Under the pieces are notes generated by a model that saw nothing but the letters and a program-made list of their open reading frames with translations, ran no database searches and was not told where the DNA came from. From positions 1 to 64,000 of the forward strand of contig JAWMAR010000731.1 in assembly GCA_036785375.1 (NCBI GenBank): a DNA stretch of 64,000 bases. The letters are read 5' to 3'. This DNA comes from Leucoraja ocellata (taxonomy: Eukaryota). Of this stretch, positions 38,770 through 51,309 are shown one piece after another. How positions within the stretch are numbered: position 1 is the first letter of the stretch; each line of letters starts with the position of its first letter. A program made the translations under genes and the position numbers.

Positions 38770-39050
38770 AAGAGTAGTTGCCTTTTGAATTAGATCTGGA
38801 TACCATCTGCATGTCCAGATTGATGTAAAATATCCCACAACACCATCTCAAATGGAAGAATTCCCCCCAGTATCCTACTCAATCTTTCCCCTTCAACCAA
38901 CATATCGAGGTACATTAACTGATTATCTATTATATTGTTCTTTGCCTAACATTGCCATATCTAAAATACGCGAGAGTTCTTCCTACATTGAAACATTAAT
39001 TACATATTAAACAAATACATTTACTTGTCAATTAAACATTGGAACTTTAT
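38770..39050 (+). mobile_element. Ancient Deu-domain SINE (SacSINE/AmnSINE-like) remnant
   Basis: GATGTAAAATATCCCA...CCCTTCAACCAACAT...TTCCTACATT resembles the Deu domain and tail. Confidence 0.5.
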
Positions 39051-39051
39051 A

Positions 39052-39762
39052 GCAGCCTCGCCTACAGTCTGTCTGTCTTTTAATTTTTTTTGTTATTTTT
39101 AGTGTGTTTTAAAAAGTATGTGTTAATGTTCTTTGGTTTGTTTGGAAACTTTTTATCAATCTCTTACCTTTCCGGAGATACATTTTTTTTCCCGGATCCT
39201 ATCTCCGCTCGCTCGGCGGCCTAACATCATGGAGCTGGAGGCCTTGCTCGAGACTGACTTTGAGCCCCACCGCGGGGTTGTGGGCACCATCGGAGTCTGT
39301 GATCCCTTGTCTGTGATCGGCGCTCCAACCGCGGCCTGCGGATTTTAACATTGAGGAGCTCGCAGTCTCGGGTAGAGACCGATGTCGGGAAGCTCCAAGC
39401 TGCAGGAGGTTCGACTAGCCCCGACTCGGGAGTCCAATCATCCGGTGCGGGGAGCTGAGATTCCCCAATGAAGCAGCTTGATCGCCCTGATGCGGAGGGC
39501 TCGACCGCCGGTTGCGGGAGCCAAGATCACCCCGACAACAGAAGGTTTGATTCCCCAACCGCGGGAGAACGAAGAAGGGAAGAAGATTGAACTTTTGTTT
39601 TTGCCTTACATCACAGTGAGGAATGTGGGAATGGCTGTGGTGGATCTTCATGTTAAAAATGTATTTGGGTGTCTTGTTGCTCTTCATTAGTATGACTGCA
39701 CGGCAATCTGAATTTCACTGTACCTTAATGGTACATGTGGCAATAAACTTACCTTGAAACCT
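39052..39762 (+). mobile_element. GC-rich non-autonomous Rex1-like element
   Basis: Shares its 5' end (GCAGCCTCGCC..CAG..TGTC), CATCACAGTGAGGAATGTG and its 3' tail (GGTACA.GTG.CAATAAA..CCTTGAAAC) with 48425-49172. Confidence 0.6.
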
Positions 39763-40869
39763 TAAGGCTATATAAAGGGAAATTACTAAACCTATGATTT
39801 GTGATTATGTCTGAGTAAAGAAGTCTCAGAACTTATATCACGTAGCAAGTTCATCTATGTTCTGAAACAAACAATTTGCACTGAGAGGGAGAGGGAGAGG
39901 GAGAGGGAGAGATTTCATAAATCCTTCTCCAATTAAACACAGGTTTACTATCAAGGCTAATGCTGTGAACAAACATGATAAAATGAATTGGATCGCATTA
40001 CGCAGGAGGTAGTTTGCAGTGAATGAGAAAGTGAACTGGGCCACAGTTTGAGGCAGGTAGTTTAGAGGAAACGAGTTAAGTGAAACGGCAAATCCTACTA
40101 ACAATTTACACAAAGCATATATCTGGAGAAAGGGAGAGGCGAGTGGAGCCAATGCCTGGAATATGAGAACAGCCGGTGTCCATGCATTGGTGTTGGCTCA
40201 ATTGGTGTCAATTCCCCACACTGCAGGCTCACTTTGAGCCTGGGACCAATGGCAGCCGTGGCATGAACCTGGGATCACTTGTCCCTGCAACATGAACCTG
40301 GGATTGCTGAAGCCCATCTCTTGTATATCTTCTTGTATGTTCTTGTATATCTGTGATCACCAGACGCAGGGACCATTTGGTGCTACTGCCTTCAACCTGG
40401 GATAATTGATGCCCATTCTTTCAATCTGGGGTCAAGAATAATTTAAAATGTATGTTGTGTTTCAATTAAATGAACTAAACAAAAGAAACCAATCAAAAAA
40501 CGAATGAAAAATATGGTCCTGGGGATGTTGGTCAAAACAACGTTGTGGCCTCTGCACTGCCCCGCTACATCTTCTCAGGGAATAAAATCATTAAAAAAAT
40601 TCCTGAAAATGGAAGGAAGCTCTCTCGGTCCTGTCTCCTTACAAAACTCCCAGGGGCTATAGTTATGTGAAAGGTACAAAGCAAAACTCTTTGAAAACTC
40701 AACTGCCAAAAAAATATTTTGGGAGATATGACAGAGCAAGCTAGGATCAGTAGGGGCATTGGAATTGAGAAGAAGACCTGTCAGTGTGTACTTTAATGTT
40801 GAACAATATTTTCTGAGTCAATCCACTCCTGATATATTAATCTTCAGCACAGAAGCTGGACTCTCACTC

Positions 40870-40968
40870 CTCAGTCTGAAGAAGGGTTTTGGCCCGAAAC
40901 ATCGCCTATTTCCTTCGTTCCATAGATGCTGCTGCACCCGCTGAGTTTCTCCAGCATTTTTGTCTACC
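40870..40968 (+). mobile_element. Penelope-like terminal repeat with hammerhead-like core
   Basis: CAGTCTGAAGAAGGGTTTTGGCCCGAAACATCGCC. Confidence 0.7.
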
Positions 40969-41983
40969 CTCTCACTCTCATTGTTTATTCAGGGACGCAC
41001 CAAGTCTATGGCTAGGTGAGGTACACAGTAATTGTATAATATTAATTCACCCTCTGAACTCTATTCACATTTTGGCATTTTGAGAGTGTGGGCTGGCTCA
41101 TATCTATGCGAACACCTGCCATGAATCAGTAATATGTGACATGTTTTTTGTGAATGGCACTGTCATTTTAACAGGTGCTGCTTATGAAGTGGAAATGACT
41201 GAATAAAATTCTGCATCACTCCATTATTTTTGGCTGAGCAAGCTGTGTAACTGAATTTCTAATCTCTTTGCCCGACTATTACCTTTTGTTTCCATCTAAC
41301 CAAATGATCTGCACAGTTCAGTTATTTGCAAAAAGCTCCCTGGGCCCTGCTCGAAAATCCCTTCTCATTTCCATTATGGTCATGATGATGCTCTTATACA
41401 TCAGTTGCTGTTATCCATTATTTTATGTACTGTTTCTCTATGCTGTGTGATGACGAGCATTTAGAGAATATTTACCTTGCTGTACATTACAATTCAAAAA
41501 AAGAAGTAACAAGTCATTAACATTTCATTTGGGACAAGATGAAATCCAAAGATGCTGCTACTTCTTGCTGTTGCTAAATAGAAATCAAAACTGAATCTGG
41601 AGTTACTTAATCTCTGTCCAGTCTAAACCTGGTACCTCATATCTTCACAACCTTCGACTTAAGCCAATGCAATCATAAACTGTTGTTTGTAAAGCAGTTC
41701 ATTTTCTGGTGCAAGTGTTATTTTTTTGGGATAGAGACTAACTGGTAGATCCTAGCAAAATCATTTCATAATATTATGATTACTTACATAATGGAAATAT
41801 ATCAAATCAAGTGAATTACAGACTTGTCAACCAACAGCTTACACCAGTAGTCGGAAAGAGAGAAAGTTCACTGTTACCATTTCACGTAATATTTCGAGTT
41901 GTAAGACATGTTAAAAAAATGTTAGTGTGGATTTCTTCATGAGACCAAACAATGAATTCCTTGAAGATTAAACATAAAGAGTG

Positions 41984-42121
41984 GTAGACAAAAATGCTGG
42001 AGAATCTGTCTATGGAGCGAAGGAATAGGTGACGTTTTGGGTCGCGACCCTTCTTCAATCTGAAGTTTCTGCAGCATTTTTGTCTACCTTCGATTTTTCC
42101 AGCATCTGCAGTTCTCTCTTG
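41984..42121. mobile_element. Fold-back mini-Penelope insertion with 13-bp flanking direct repeat
   Basis: GTAGACAAAAATGCTG...CAGCATTTTTGTCTAC; AACATAAAGAGTG at 41971-83 and 42122-34. Confidence 0.7.
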
Positions 42122-43711
42122 AACATAAAGAGTGAATGTGGCCAATGGAAGCTTGAATGGATTCTCAGTGGGCTTGTGATAGAGTGCTGCATCTAAACCT
42201 CAAGCAAAGGTTAGACATCTGCGGTTAGAAGTCAAGGCACCAGAATGGATTGAAAATATTAAAGAATATTTCAACTACTGCCATGAAGTGTGAGTAGTTT
42301 CCGTAGTTAATATGTTTTTCACAAAATATAAAAATGGTTTGGGTCAGAAATTGGAAGTATGATGTTGAAGCTTGCTGATCATACCAATGCAGAATGGGTG
42401 TATGGATAATAAAGTGACAGATTGTGTCAATGCAGGAGAAGACATGAACAAGTTTATCGAGTGTGGGAAAGTTAGGAAGTGATATTCAAAAAAGTGAATA
42501 TCATTTCTGTAGGAGAAATAAGGAATTCCACCTATTCCTTGGAAGAAAAAGGGGATAACAAAATAAAGAGTCTGGAAATCCGGCAACTCAAGGAGATTAG
42601 CCCATAAAGAAAGGAAATACTTGGAAAGAATTTCCTTACAAGAACTGTACATAAGTAGGCTAGTACCATGAGCATTGTTAACCATGTTGCTTAAACTCCA
42701 TTTTGAGTACTTTTTACAACCACTGGAGAAAATACAAAAAGGATATACAAAGACTTAACCACAAGTTGGAGAATGAAATTATCAGGAAAGATTGAGCAGC
42801 GGCAATTTTTCCACTGGAATGATTAGATATGAGGAGAACTTCGAAAGGAGTTTGGCAAGTTGAATCCTAAGAAAGGAGGCATAATTAAAACCATCTTGCT
42901 ACTTGTTTTTTTTAATTCATTCTCTACAAAATTAACAATCCACATGAATTGTCAATACATTTTGTAGTTAGTTTGGTTGTTTGTTTGTTTGTCTTTTTGC
43001 ACAAAGTCCACGGGCATTGCCACTTTTCATTTCACTGCACATCTCGTATGTGTATGTGACGAATAAACTTGACTTGACTTGATTTTGATTTGTAACCATT
43101 TCTGTGAATCACTTGAGTTGGCCTCTTTGGTATGAAATAGACATTGAGAAATACGTTGCAGATTGGATTAGTTGATTATCCATGTCATTCCTGACTATTT
43201 CAGGTAACATTTACGACCGAGACTACGAAGAGAATCGTGAAAGTAATTTGTAGCCCAGCAACAGCAGATGTTCGGCCAATATTGTCATTACTGAGATACA
43301 ACTGAGAATGAATTAATAGTCAAAGTCGGAAAATACAATGTAAATGTTAACATCGCTTGAGTTGAATTGTAGCTCATCTTTCGCACATGGCCCATAAATT
43401 TCCAGTTTTAGAATGCAATTTCATTCTCGAGTGTCGAATTATTTTTGTATGCTGTAATCTAATCAAGGAACTCATCTGACAAGAAACCTTATAAAACCAC
43501 CCAGATCCTGAGACAATTCTTTTTTTCTATCGTCTTAACAATACAAGCTTGAATATATTTACTATTTTATGTTTATTGCCACTTTTTACTGTTACCTAGA
43601 GAGCTAAAATGAATCAGAAGCTGTTGAGACTGATGTTCCACCTCATAGTTCCACTGCTACTGTTTATGATGGATAACAAGCACTGCATCTTCATTGGTAA
43701 CTGATGAGTTT

Positions 43712-44288
43712 CTTAAGTTCATATGTTAGGAGCAGAATTAGGCCATTTGGCCCATCAAGTCTACTCCACCATTCAATCATCGTTAATCTTTCTCTCTCAA
43801 CCCCATTCTCTGCCTTCTTCCCATAACCTCTGACACCTGTGCTAATCAAGAACCTGCCAATCTCCGCCTCAAAAATATCCATTGATGGCCTCCACAGCCG
43901 TCTGTGGCAATGAATTCCGCAGATTCATCACCTTCTGACTAAAGAAATTCCTGCTCATCTCCTTTCTAAAGGCACGTCCTTTTATTCGGAGACTATGTCC
44001 TAGACTCTCCCACTAGTGGAAACATCCTCTCCACATCCACTCAATTCATGCTTTTCCCTATTCGGTAAGTTTCAATGAAGGTCCCTTTCATCCTTCTAAA
44101 CTTCAGCAAGTACAGGCCCAGTGCTGACAAACTCTTATCACATGTTAACCAAATCAATCCTGGGATCATTCTTGTAAACCTCCTCTGGACTCGCTCCAAC
44201 ACCAGCATATCCTTCCTCAGATGTGGGGCACAAAACAGCTCATAACAATACAAATGCAGACTGATCAGGGCCTTATAAAGCCTCATCC
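43712..44288 (-). mobile_element. CR1 ORF2 3' fragment
   Basis: LYKALI..HL.YC...APHLRKDMLVLERVQRRFTRMIPG. Confidence 0.9.
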
Positions 44289-45792
44289 CAGGTTTAGGGC
44301 TTGGGAGAGCTGGACAGCGTGAAGGGTTGAGTAGGAGGATTGAATTTATCATTTAGAATTATTCTGTTTTTGTCTCCTCATTTTCCGGCAGGAGTAATGG
44401 GTGGGAACTGGGTAAGATATTTCTTACACAACACTGCTTTTGCCCACTGGGTTGATAATGTAAGTGTTTGAACTGTGCACAGCTGGTCCGGTGGAGAACA
44501 AATGTGGTTTAGGAAAGGTGCGGAAAAATTAGAAAGCATAGTATCACAGCGATATATCTTATTGAAGTCAAAACCAACAAGAGTCCTGAGAAATCAAGAT
44601 GGGAAACAAAACATGCAATCCCAGGAGGAGGGAAGAAAGTCTCCCTTGTCAATGAAGTCAAGGACAAGAAGATAGAAGCCAACATCACAGTTTAGAATTC
44701 AGTAGGATTCAATGGAAGGGGTCATTTCAGTGGGGATTTGAATTTCACACAGATAATTAAAAGCTGTCTGTAGGTGCATTTTGTGTGAATAGAATAGTTT
44801 TCTGCAACAATATGTTGTAGAACTAGCAAGGGAGGAAGCCAGATTAGATTCAGAAAATAATAATAAAACTCATTAACAGCTTAATGGTAAGTCTGTGAAT
44901 GTATGCCAACAGTGATAGAAATGTCAACATTGATATAATATATCGTCCAATAGAATGTTTGATCGGGAGAAATGCAAAAGCGCTGTTATAATTTTACTCA
45001 AACAACAAAAAATAAATTGTCTTGAAACATTGTTGGGGGAAGTTTGTTAATACACCAATGGTTGGAGCAAGATTCATGCCACCCTGCAAACAAGCAACAT
45101 GTTCGATATTGAGTTCCACTCACCAATACACTCTGTGGGCCTAAGGGCTAATTTCCCCAGAGTTGTTAAAAACAGGTAAAAAGATTTATTGTCTCCAACT
45201 GTACCCATTTACCCTTTCACATAACATTGTATTACAGATTTTAATCATACTCCCTTTAAAACAAGTGTTCCCCTCACATCCCAATGACTAGTTTTCTGTG
45301 CACTCTATTTTTCCTGCGCCCTCCCTGGCTTCAATAATTCCAGACAATGACACTTCTACTCCTAGGAGAACAGCCTTAGTGTCTCCAACACCTCAATGTA
45401 CCTAAATTAATTCAACCCTGCACTCCCTGGCAACTGTGCGGTGGCGCAGCTGTGGAGTTGCTGCCGTACAGTGCTTGCAGCGCCACAGACCCGGGTTCAA
45501 TCCCGACTACAGGTGCTGTCAGTACGGATTGTTTTGTTTTGTACGTTCTCCCTGTGACCGCGTGGGTTTTCTCCGAGATCTTTGGTTTCCTCCCACCCTC
45601 CAAAGGCGTACAGGTATGTAGGTAAATTGACTTGGTAAATGAAAAAAATTGTCCATAGTGTGTGTAGGAATTATCAACTACCTTCTGTGGAATTCTCTGC
45701 CACAGAAGGTAGTTGAGGCCAGTTCATTGGCTATATTTAAGAGGGAGTTAGATGTGGCCCTTGTGGCTAAAGGGATCAGGGGGTATGGAGAG

Positions 45793-46232
45793 TGTTTAAG
45801 AGGGAACTGCAGATGCTGGAGAATCGAAGGTTACACAGAAAAGCTGGAGAAACTCAGCGGGTGCAGCAGCATCTATGGAGCGAAGGAAATAGGCAACGTT
45901 TCGGGCCGAAACCCTTCTTCAGACTGATCGGGGGTGGGGGTGGGTGGGGACAAGAAAGGGAAAAGGAGGAGTAGCCAGAAGGCTGGAGGGTGGGAGGAGA
46001 CAGCAGGGGAGCTGAGGAAGGGGAGGAGACAGCAAGGACTAACAGAATTGGGAGAATTCGATGTTCATGCCCCGGGGGTGTAGACTCCCCAAACGGAATA
46101 TGAGGTGCTGTTCCTCCAATTTCCGGTGCTGCTCGCTGTGGCCATGGAGGAGACCCAGGACAGAGAGGTCGGAGGCGGAGTGGGAGGGGGAGTTGAAGTG
46201 CTGAACCACCAGGAGGTCAGCTTGGTTATTGC
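45793..46232 (-). mobile_element. Young Penelope-like 3' fragment with 12-bp TSD
   Basis: Open frame NNQADLLVVQHFNSPSHSASDLSVLGLLHGHSEQHRKLEEQHLIFRLGSLHPRGMNIEFSQFC* (stop at 46039-41); TSD GGGTATGGAGAG at 45781-92 and 46233-44. Confidence 0.85.
45891..45926 (-). ncRNA. Minimal hammerhead ribozyme-like motif
   Basis: CAGT-CTGAAGA-A-GGGT(TTCG)GCCC-GAAAC-GTT-GCCT. Confidence 0.6.
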
Positions 46233-48424
46233 GGGTATGGAGAGAAGGCAGGGATGGGATACCGAGTTGGATGATCAGCCATGATCATATCGAATTGCGG
46301 TGCAGGCTCGAAGGGCGTAATGGCCTACTCCTGCACCTATTTTCTATGTTTCAATGATAGTGTTAATGGGCGGGGATCGCTGGTTGGCGCGGACCAGGTG
46401 GGCCGAAGGGCTGGTTTCCGCGCTATATCTCTAAACTAAATAAACTGTTCTGCACTCTCAGTAAAGCTTTATTGATACAAGAACTTGGAAGAATAGTGAT
46501 CGCAGGCATATAGTAATGTGTAAAAAAACAGATTAATGGAGGGACTCATTAGGTCGGGCAGCATCTGCAGAGAGAAATGGACAGACAACATTTTGGGTTG
46601 GGACCCCCACATTTCCTCCACAGGTGCTGCATGACCCGTTGAGTTCCTCCGCAGTTTCTTTTGCTCAACATTCCTGCATCTTCAGTCTTTCGTCTCTCCA
46701 TTTTACTATGAAATATACTTAGTGTGCTCACCTCATTTCTCTCCAGATGTTGCCTGACCCGCTGACTTCATTCATCAGTCTGTTTTTGTTTTCCGCAAGA
46801 CTCCAGCACCTAGTCTCTATGAAGTAATACGTCCCTATTTATAAAGCCCAGTATCTTGTATGCTTTTTCAATTACATTACACCCATTTTACTAAGCCACT
46901 TGCAATGTTCTATGCATGCATATCTGCATCTTGCTGTCCCTATCCACCTCTTCAAATTGAGTGGTTTAGCAAGTTTCATTTCATTATTTTTACCAACAGT
47001 GCATTACATCTGCGTCACCTGCCATTTAGTTTACCAAGGTTGTCTCTGTTTCTTGAAGTGTATTGCACTTTTCAGCTTTGATGTCTTTGGGAGTAGAAAT
47101 TGTGCCCTGTACACCTGTCAAATTAAGACATCGCAAAGACCCCCATGTACAGTACAGCACAGTACACCTGCCTGTACTATGGAACTTTAAGCATATCCAG
47201 TGACTTGGCCTCAACAGCCATCTGTGGCAATGAATTCTCCAGATTCACCATCCTCTGAGTAAAGAAACTCCTCCTCATCTCCTTCCTAAAGGAACGTCCT
47301 TTAATTCCGAGGCTTATGTTACTGTCCCATTAAACAACTTCAGCGATATCATGTAGAATGTTCAGTAGCTGATAAATGAGCAGGGTATTGAGAGGAAATG
47401 TCCTTTTCATTTTCCACTCTTCCAATGAATTGTGTTGCCGGATGCTCCGGCAGAAGAAAACCTATTCCAATTACAGGAGTATTTGAAAATGGTGATCCTA
47501 CTGCAGATTCCATGGGAGCATTATGACTTCACTGGTTGACATGCGGGCAGCCAAAGTTACATGCTGTGTGCTTATGCCATGCCCCTACCTTCCGATGAGA
47601 AAGGCAGGTTTCAGCAGTAACTACCAGCTGACGGTTTGGACAATTGTTGTAGTCAACTTCCTGACAGTAGAGTTGGGAACTGTAAGAAATAAGTGGGTTT
47701 ACTGATGCAGTAAAAGCGGGAAGGTGGAGAGAGGGAAAAGGAATGCCGGGAATTAACAATAAAGGGTGATGCTGCAAGGCAAAGGCAGTGGCGATGGGAC
47801 AAGCGAGGAAACAGAAGACTAGAAACTCGGAACTGCAGACGATGGAATCTTGAGCAAACCACAAAGTGCTGGAGCAGCATCTGCAGAGGAAATGGAGAGG
47901 CGACGCTTCGGGTCGGGATCCTTCTCCACACAAGGTCAGGTTGAAGGTAAAAATGGAAGAAGCAGAATCATTGAGTTCATAAATGTTGCAGATGCTGCAA
48001 AACTGAAATAACAAGCAGTCGCAGCATCTACACTGAGCACAGAAGGCACATGTTCTTGACATTTTAACTATTTCTCGTTCCACACGTCTTCAAACATGTT
48101 GCGTATTTTCACCATTTTATATTTTTAATTCATATTTACAGCATCTGGGTATTTTGCTGTATATTTCCTAAATTCTCCCAATTCAGGAACTGTTCTCAAT
48201 AATTGGTAGATTGCATGGCTCTTTTATTATTTAAGACAGGTGGAAGCAAGGAATTGTACGTCATTTAGCTCAACATCTATTGTCTAGAAATCAATAGGTA
48301 CTATATTTAAGGATAGTGTAGGAGTAGGTCATAAGCAGCCAGCACAAATTGGTAAAGAGTAGGTTTTTCACTGAAGAACTTTAAGCCTTCCTCATTATTG
48401 GAACATTGGATAGTCATAGAGAGA

Positions 48425-49172
48425 CTGGGTGGCGTCGTAAGTGGCAGCCTCGCCAACAGCCTGTCTCGTCCCTTTCTTCTTTTGTTGTTTTTAGTCTTTT
48501 TTATTTGTATGTTTTAATGTATCTTTAGTTTTGTGTTATGTGGCAATCTCTTCCCCAGTCGGAGATACAACTTTTTCCATATTGTATCTTCGTCCGCACT
48601 GTGGCCTAACATCGTGGAGCTGGCTGTCCTTTTGTTAGGAATTGACTTCGGGAGCTCCAACCGCAACAGCTTCGACTGCCCCGACTGCGGATAGTTCGAT
48701 TGCCCTGACCGCGGGAGAAAAGGAGGAAGAAGATAAAAGTTATTTGTCTTCCATCACAGTGAGGAATGTGAAATTGCCCAAAAATAAGATGGACGTGCTG
48801 CCTGCGCTGGTGGAGGACTCGGAGGGATTGCCGTGAGTGCAGTGATCACAGTGTTTGCGGGGACATTGCTCCATGAGAACTTCCTGGAGTCTGGTGCGAG
48901 TGTGGACGACTTTCTGACTGTTTGGGCAGACAGAGACTGCAGAGTGACAGCGGTCGGTACAACTCTGGTTACATCACGGTGAAGGAGCATGCGTGTGGCC
49001 TGAACATTGAACTGATGGCTGTGGGTCTCCGCTTGTGCTGTGAGCCCCATGGATTCACACACGTCGCTGCGGTGGCTGTTTATGTTTAATCTTTATGTAG
49101 TTTAGCATATTGTCGCTATCTTGGTATGGTAAATCAAATTTCGGTACACGTGACAATAAAGGACCTTGAAAC
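48425..49172 (+). mobile_element. Internally deleted Rex1/Babar-like element (5' UTR, endonuclease stub, 3' tail)
   Basis: About 48760-48960 resembles the Rex1 APE N-terminus (NKMD.L ... LHE.F ... VD.F.TV.ADRD); the 3' end is GTGACAATAAAGGACCTTGAAAC. Confidence 0.6.
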
Positions 49173-49291
49173 AAGTTGAGCAGTGTGTTCCAACCTCTGG
49201 CACCATAGTCCCGCTGGTCACAGCTCTTCAAGTACAAAATCCAAGTGCTTTGCAAATCTGGTGCAGGTTTAGTTTTAAGTTTTACTGAGTT

Positions 49292-49506
49292 ACATAGAAA
49301 CATTGAAAGGTGCAGGAGGAGGCCATTCGGCCCTTCGAGCCAGCACCGCCATTCATTGCGATCATGGCTGATCGTCCCCAATCAATAACCCGTGCCTGCC
49401 TTCTCCCCTTATTCCTTGATTCCACTAGCCCCGAGAGCTCTATCTAAGTCTCCCTTAAATCCATCCATTGATTTGGCCTCCACCGCCCTCTGTGGCAGGG
49501 AATTTC
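49292..49506 (-). mobile_element. Young CR1-like 3' end
   Basis: Same family as 17920. Confidence 0.85.
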
Positions 49507-51088
49507 ATTCCAGCACAGTGTCTTTTCCAGTCTACCTAATCTTTCTTCGTGGGCTAGAAAATTTGTTGTGTTTTCATGTAAATTTCTTCTGCACATCATA
49601 AGTCCTGTCCTATCTTTCCAATAATCTGGTGACCAGCAGTTTACACAACACTTAAGCTGCAGTCTAACTAGTGTTATGTTCAAAGATAGACCCAAAGTGC
49701 TGGAGTAACTCAGCGGGACAAGCAGCATCTCTGGAGAGAAGGAATGGTTGACGTTTCGGGTCGAGACCTTTCTTTTCTACCATAGCATTCCTTCTCTTTT
49801 ATTCTATGCCCTGGCTAATAAAAAAAAAGCATCTTGATTAATTTATTTATTTACATGACATTCAAAAGGCATCTGATAGTCCCTCATAAGAGAACATCAG
49901 CTAAAGTTAAAGCTAATGGAATTGAAGGCAAATTATTGCTCTGCTTAAGGAATTGGAAGTATGGCAGGTGACAGATTGCATACCTTTAGCTTATCAATCT
50001 ATTCCTGTTGATTTATTCCCTCAGTTATACCATAAAGCAATACAGCACAGCAACAGGCCCTTCGGCCCACGACATCTGTGCCAAACGTGATGCCAAGATT
50101 TTACTCTCTGTAAAAAAACTTGCCCCGCTTATCACCTTCAATGTTTGCCCCTCACGCCTCTTCGAGTAATGCCCAACAGTGTGTGACCATCTTTGTGGGA
50201 ATCTCACTCCATGTAAACTATTTGCCACACTTCTTCTCAAAATAAACTGTTATATGTGAAGCTCTTTGGATTAATGAATAGACATGATCAGGCACTTTAT
50301 AAATTATAGTTTCTTTAGAATCAGTTCATTTATTCCATGAATACCTGACACTGGATGATAAAAGTTGAATAACATTTTTATGCACAGTAAAACATTAAAC
50401 ACTGCCGCCAAAAACCTTCACACTGCTGCAATGATGATGAACCAATTAACTCACACTTTATGCTCAGGGGAGTAATTTCTGTGGCCAAACTGCACATTAT
50501 GCACAAACATACGACTCTTAACAGCAGACAAAGAGACCAAAAAACATTTGGAAGCCAGATTTTAATGGACACATCAACGTATCAACTTTGACTAAATCTG
50601 GTTCAGTAACATTCAATGAAGTATTTTATTTATCAATTTATCAGAAAACAGAGTAATATGAGCCACGAGCATGTCAACAGTCAAATATTAAATTTGGAAA
50701 ATTAAATTTTACACACATCCTTACAGCAGACAAGTTATACAATATTTGGAATGCATTGAGAATGGAATGAAGCATCTTAAGTATACCAGCTTCACTGGGA
50801 TGAGAGTGAGTACAAGGTGAGAGTATTCTTCAGTTACCCAGTGAGGCAACTCAACAAATCTAGGAATCATTTTTAATTCTCTCCTAAAAACACAACCCAT
50901 TAAAAACCATTGTTCGAAAGCACATTGATAAACAATGACCTTACATTTAAGTTCCAATCCTGCAGTATTAGCAACTCTAAAATGGGTTAGCCTTGAGCTT
51001 TCCTCAGTCCTGCAGGAAACCCCCCCCCCTCCCCCGCCCTAACGTTTGGAGGATCATTATCTTTGAGGTGTGTACCTGCACAGCCTAA

Positions 51089-51309
51089 AGGACCTGTCCC
51101 ACTTACGCCACCTTTACGACCATAGGAGACCTCTCACGACCATCCAGCATGAATGGTCATGAGAAGTCTCCTATGGTCGTGAGAGAGGTCTCCAAAGAGT
51201 CGTAGCGTCTTTCTGGTCACCGCTGAATTTTCAACATGTTGAAAATTTCGGTGTCCTATCACGGGTGTCGGCAGTCGCCTTTAAAGGTCGCGTAAGTGGA
51301 ACAGGCACT
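51089..51309. mobile_element. PIF/Harbinger-type MITE
   Basis: TIRs AGGACCTGTCCCACTTACGC / GCGTAAGTGGAACAGGCACT; TAA TSD at 51086-88 and 51310-12. Confidence 0.85.

Larger units (their letters stand above)
45430..46445 (+). mobile_element. HE1-like tRNA SINE split by a CR1 3' fragment (about 45670-46353)
   Basis: B-box GGTTCAATCC at about 45494; the SINE resumes at about 46355 and ends CTAAACTAAA. Confidence 0.75.
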
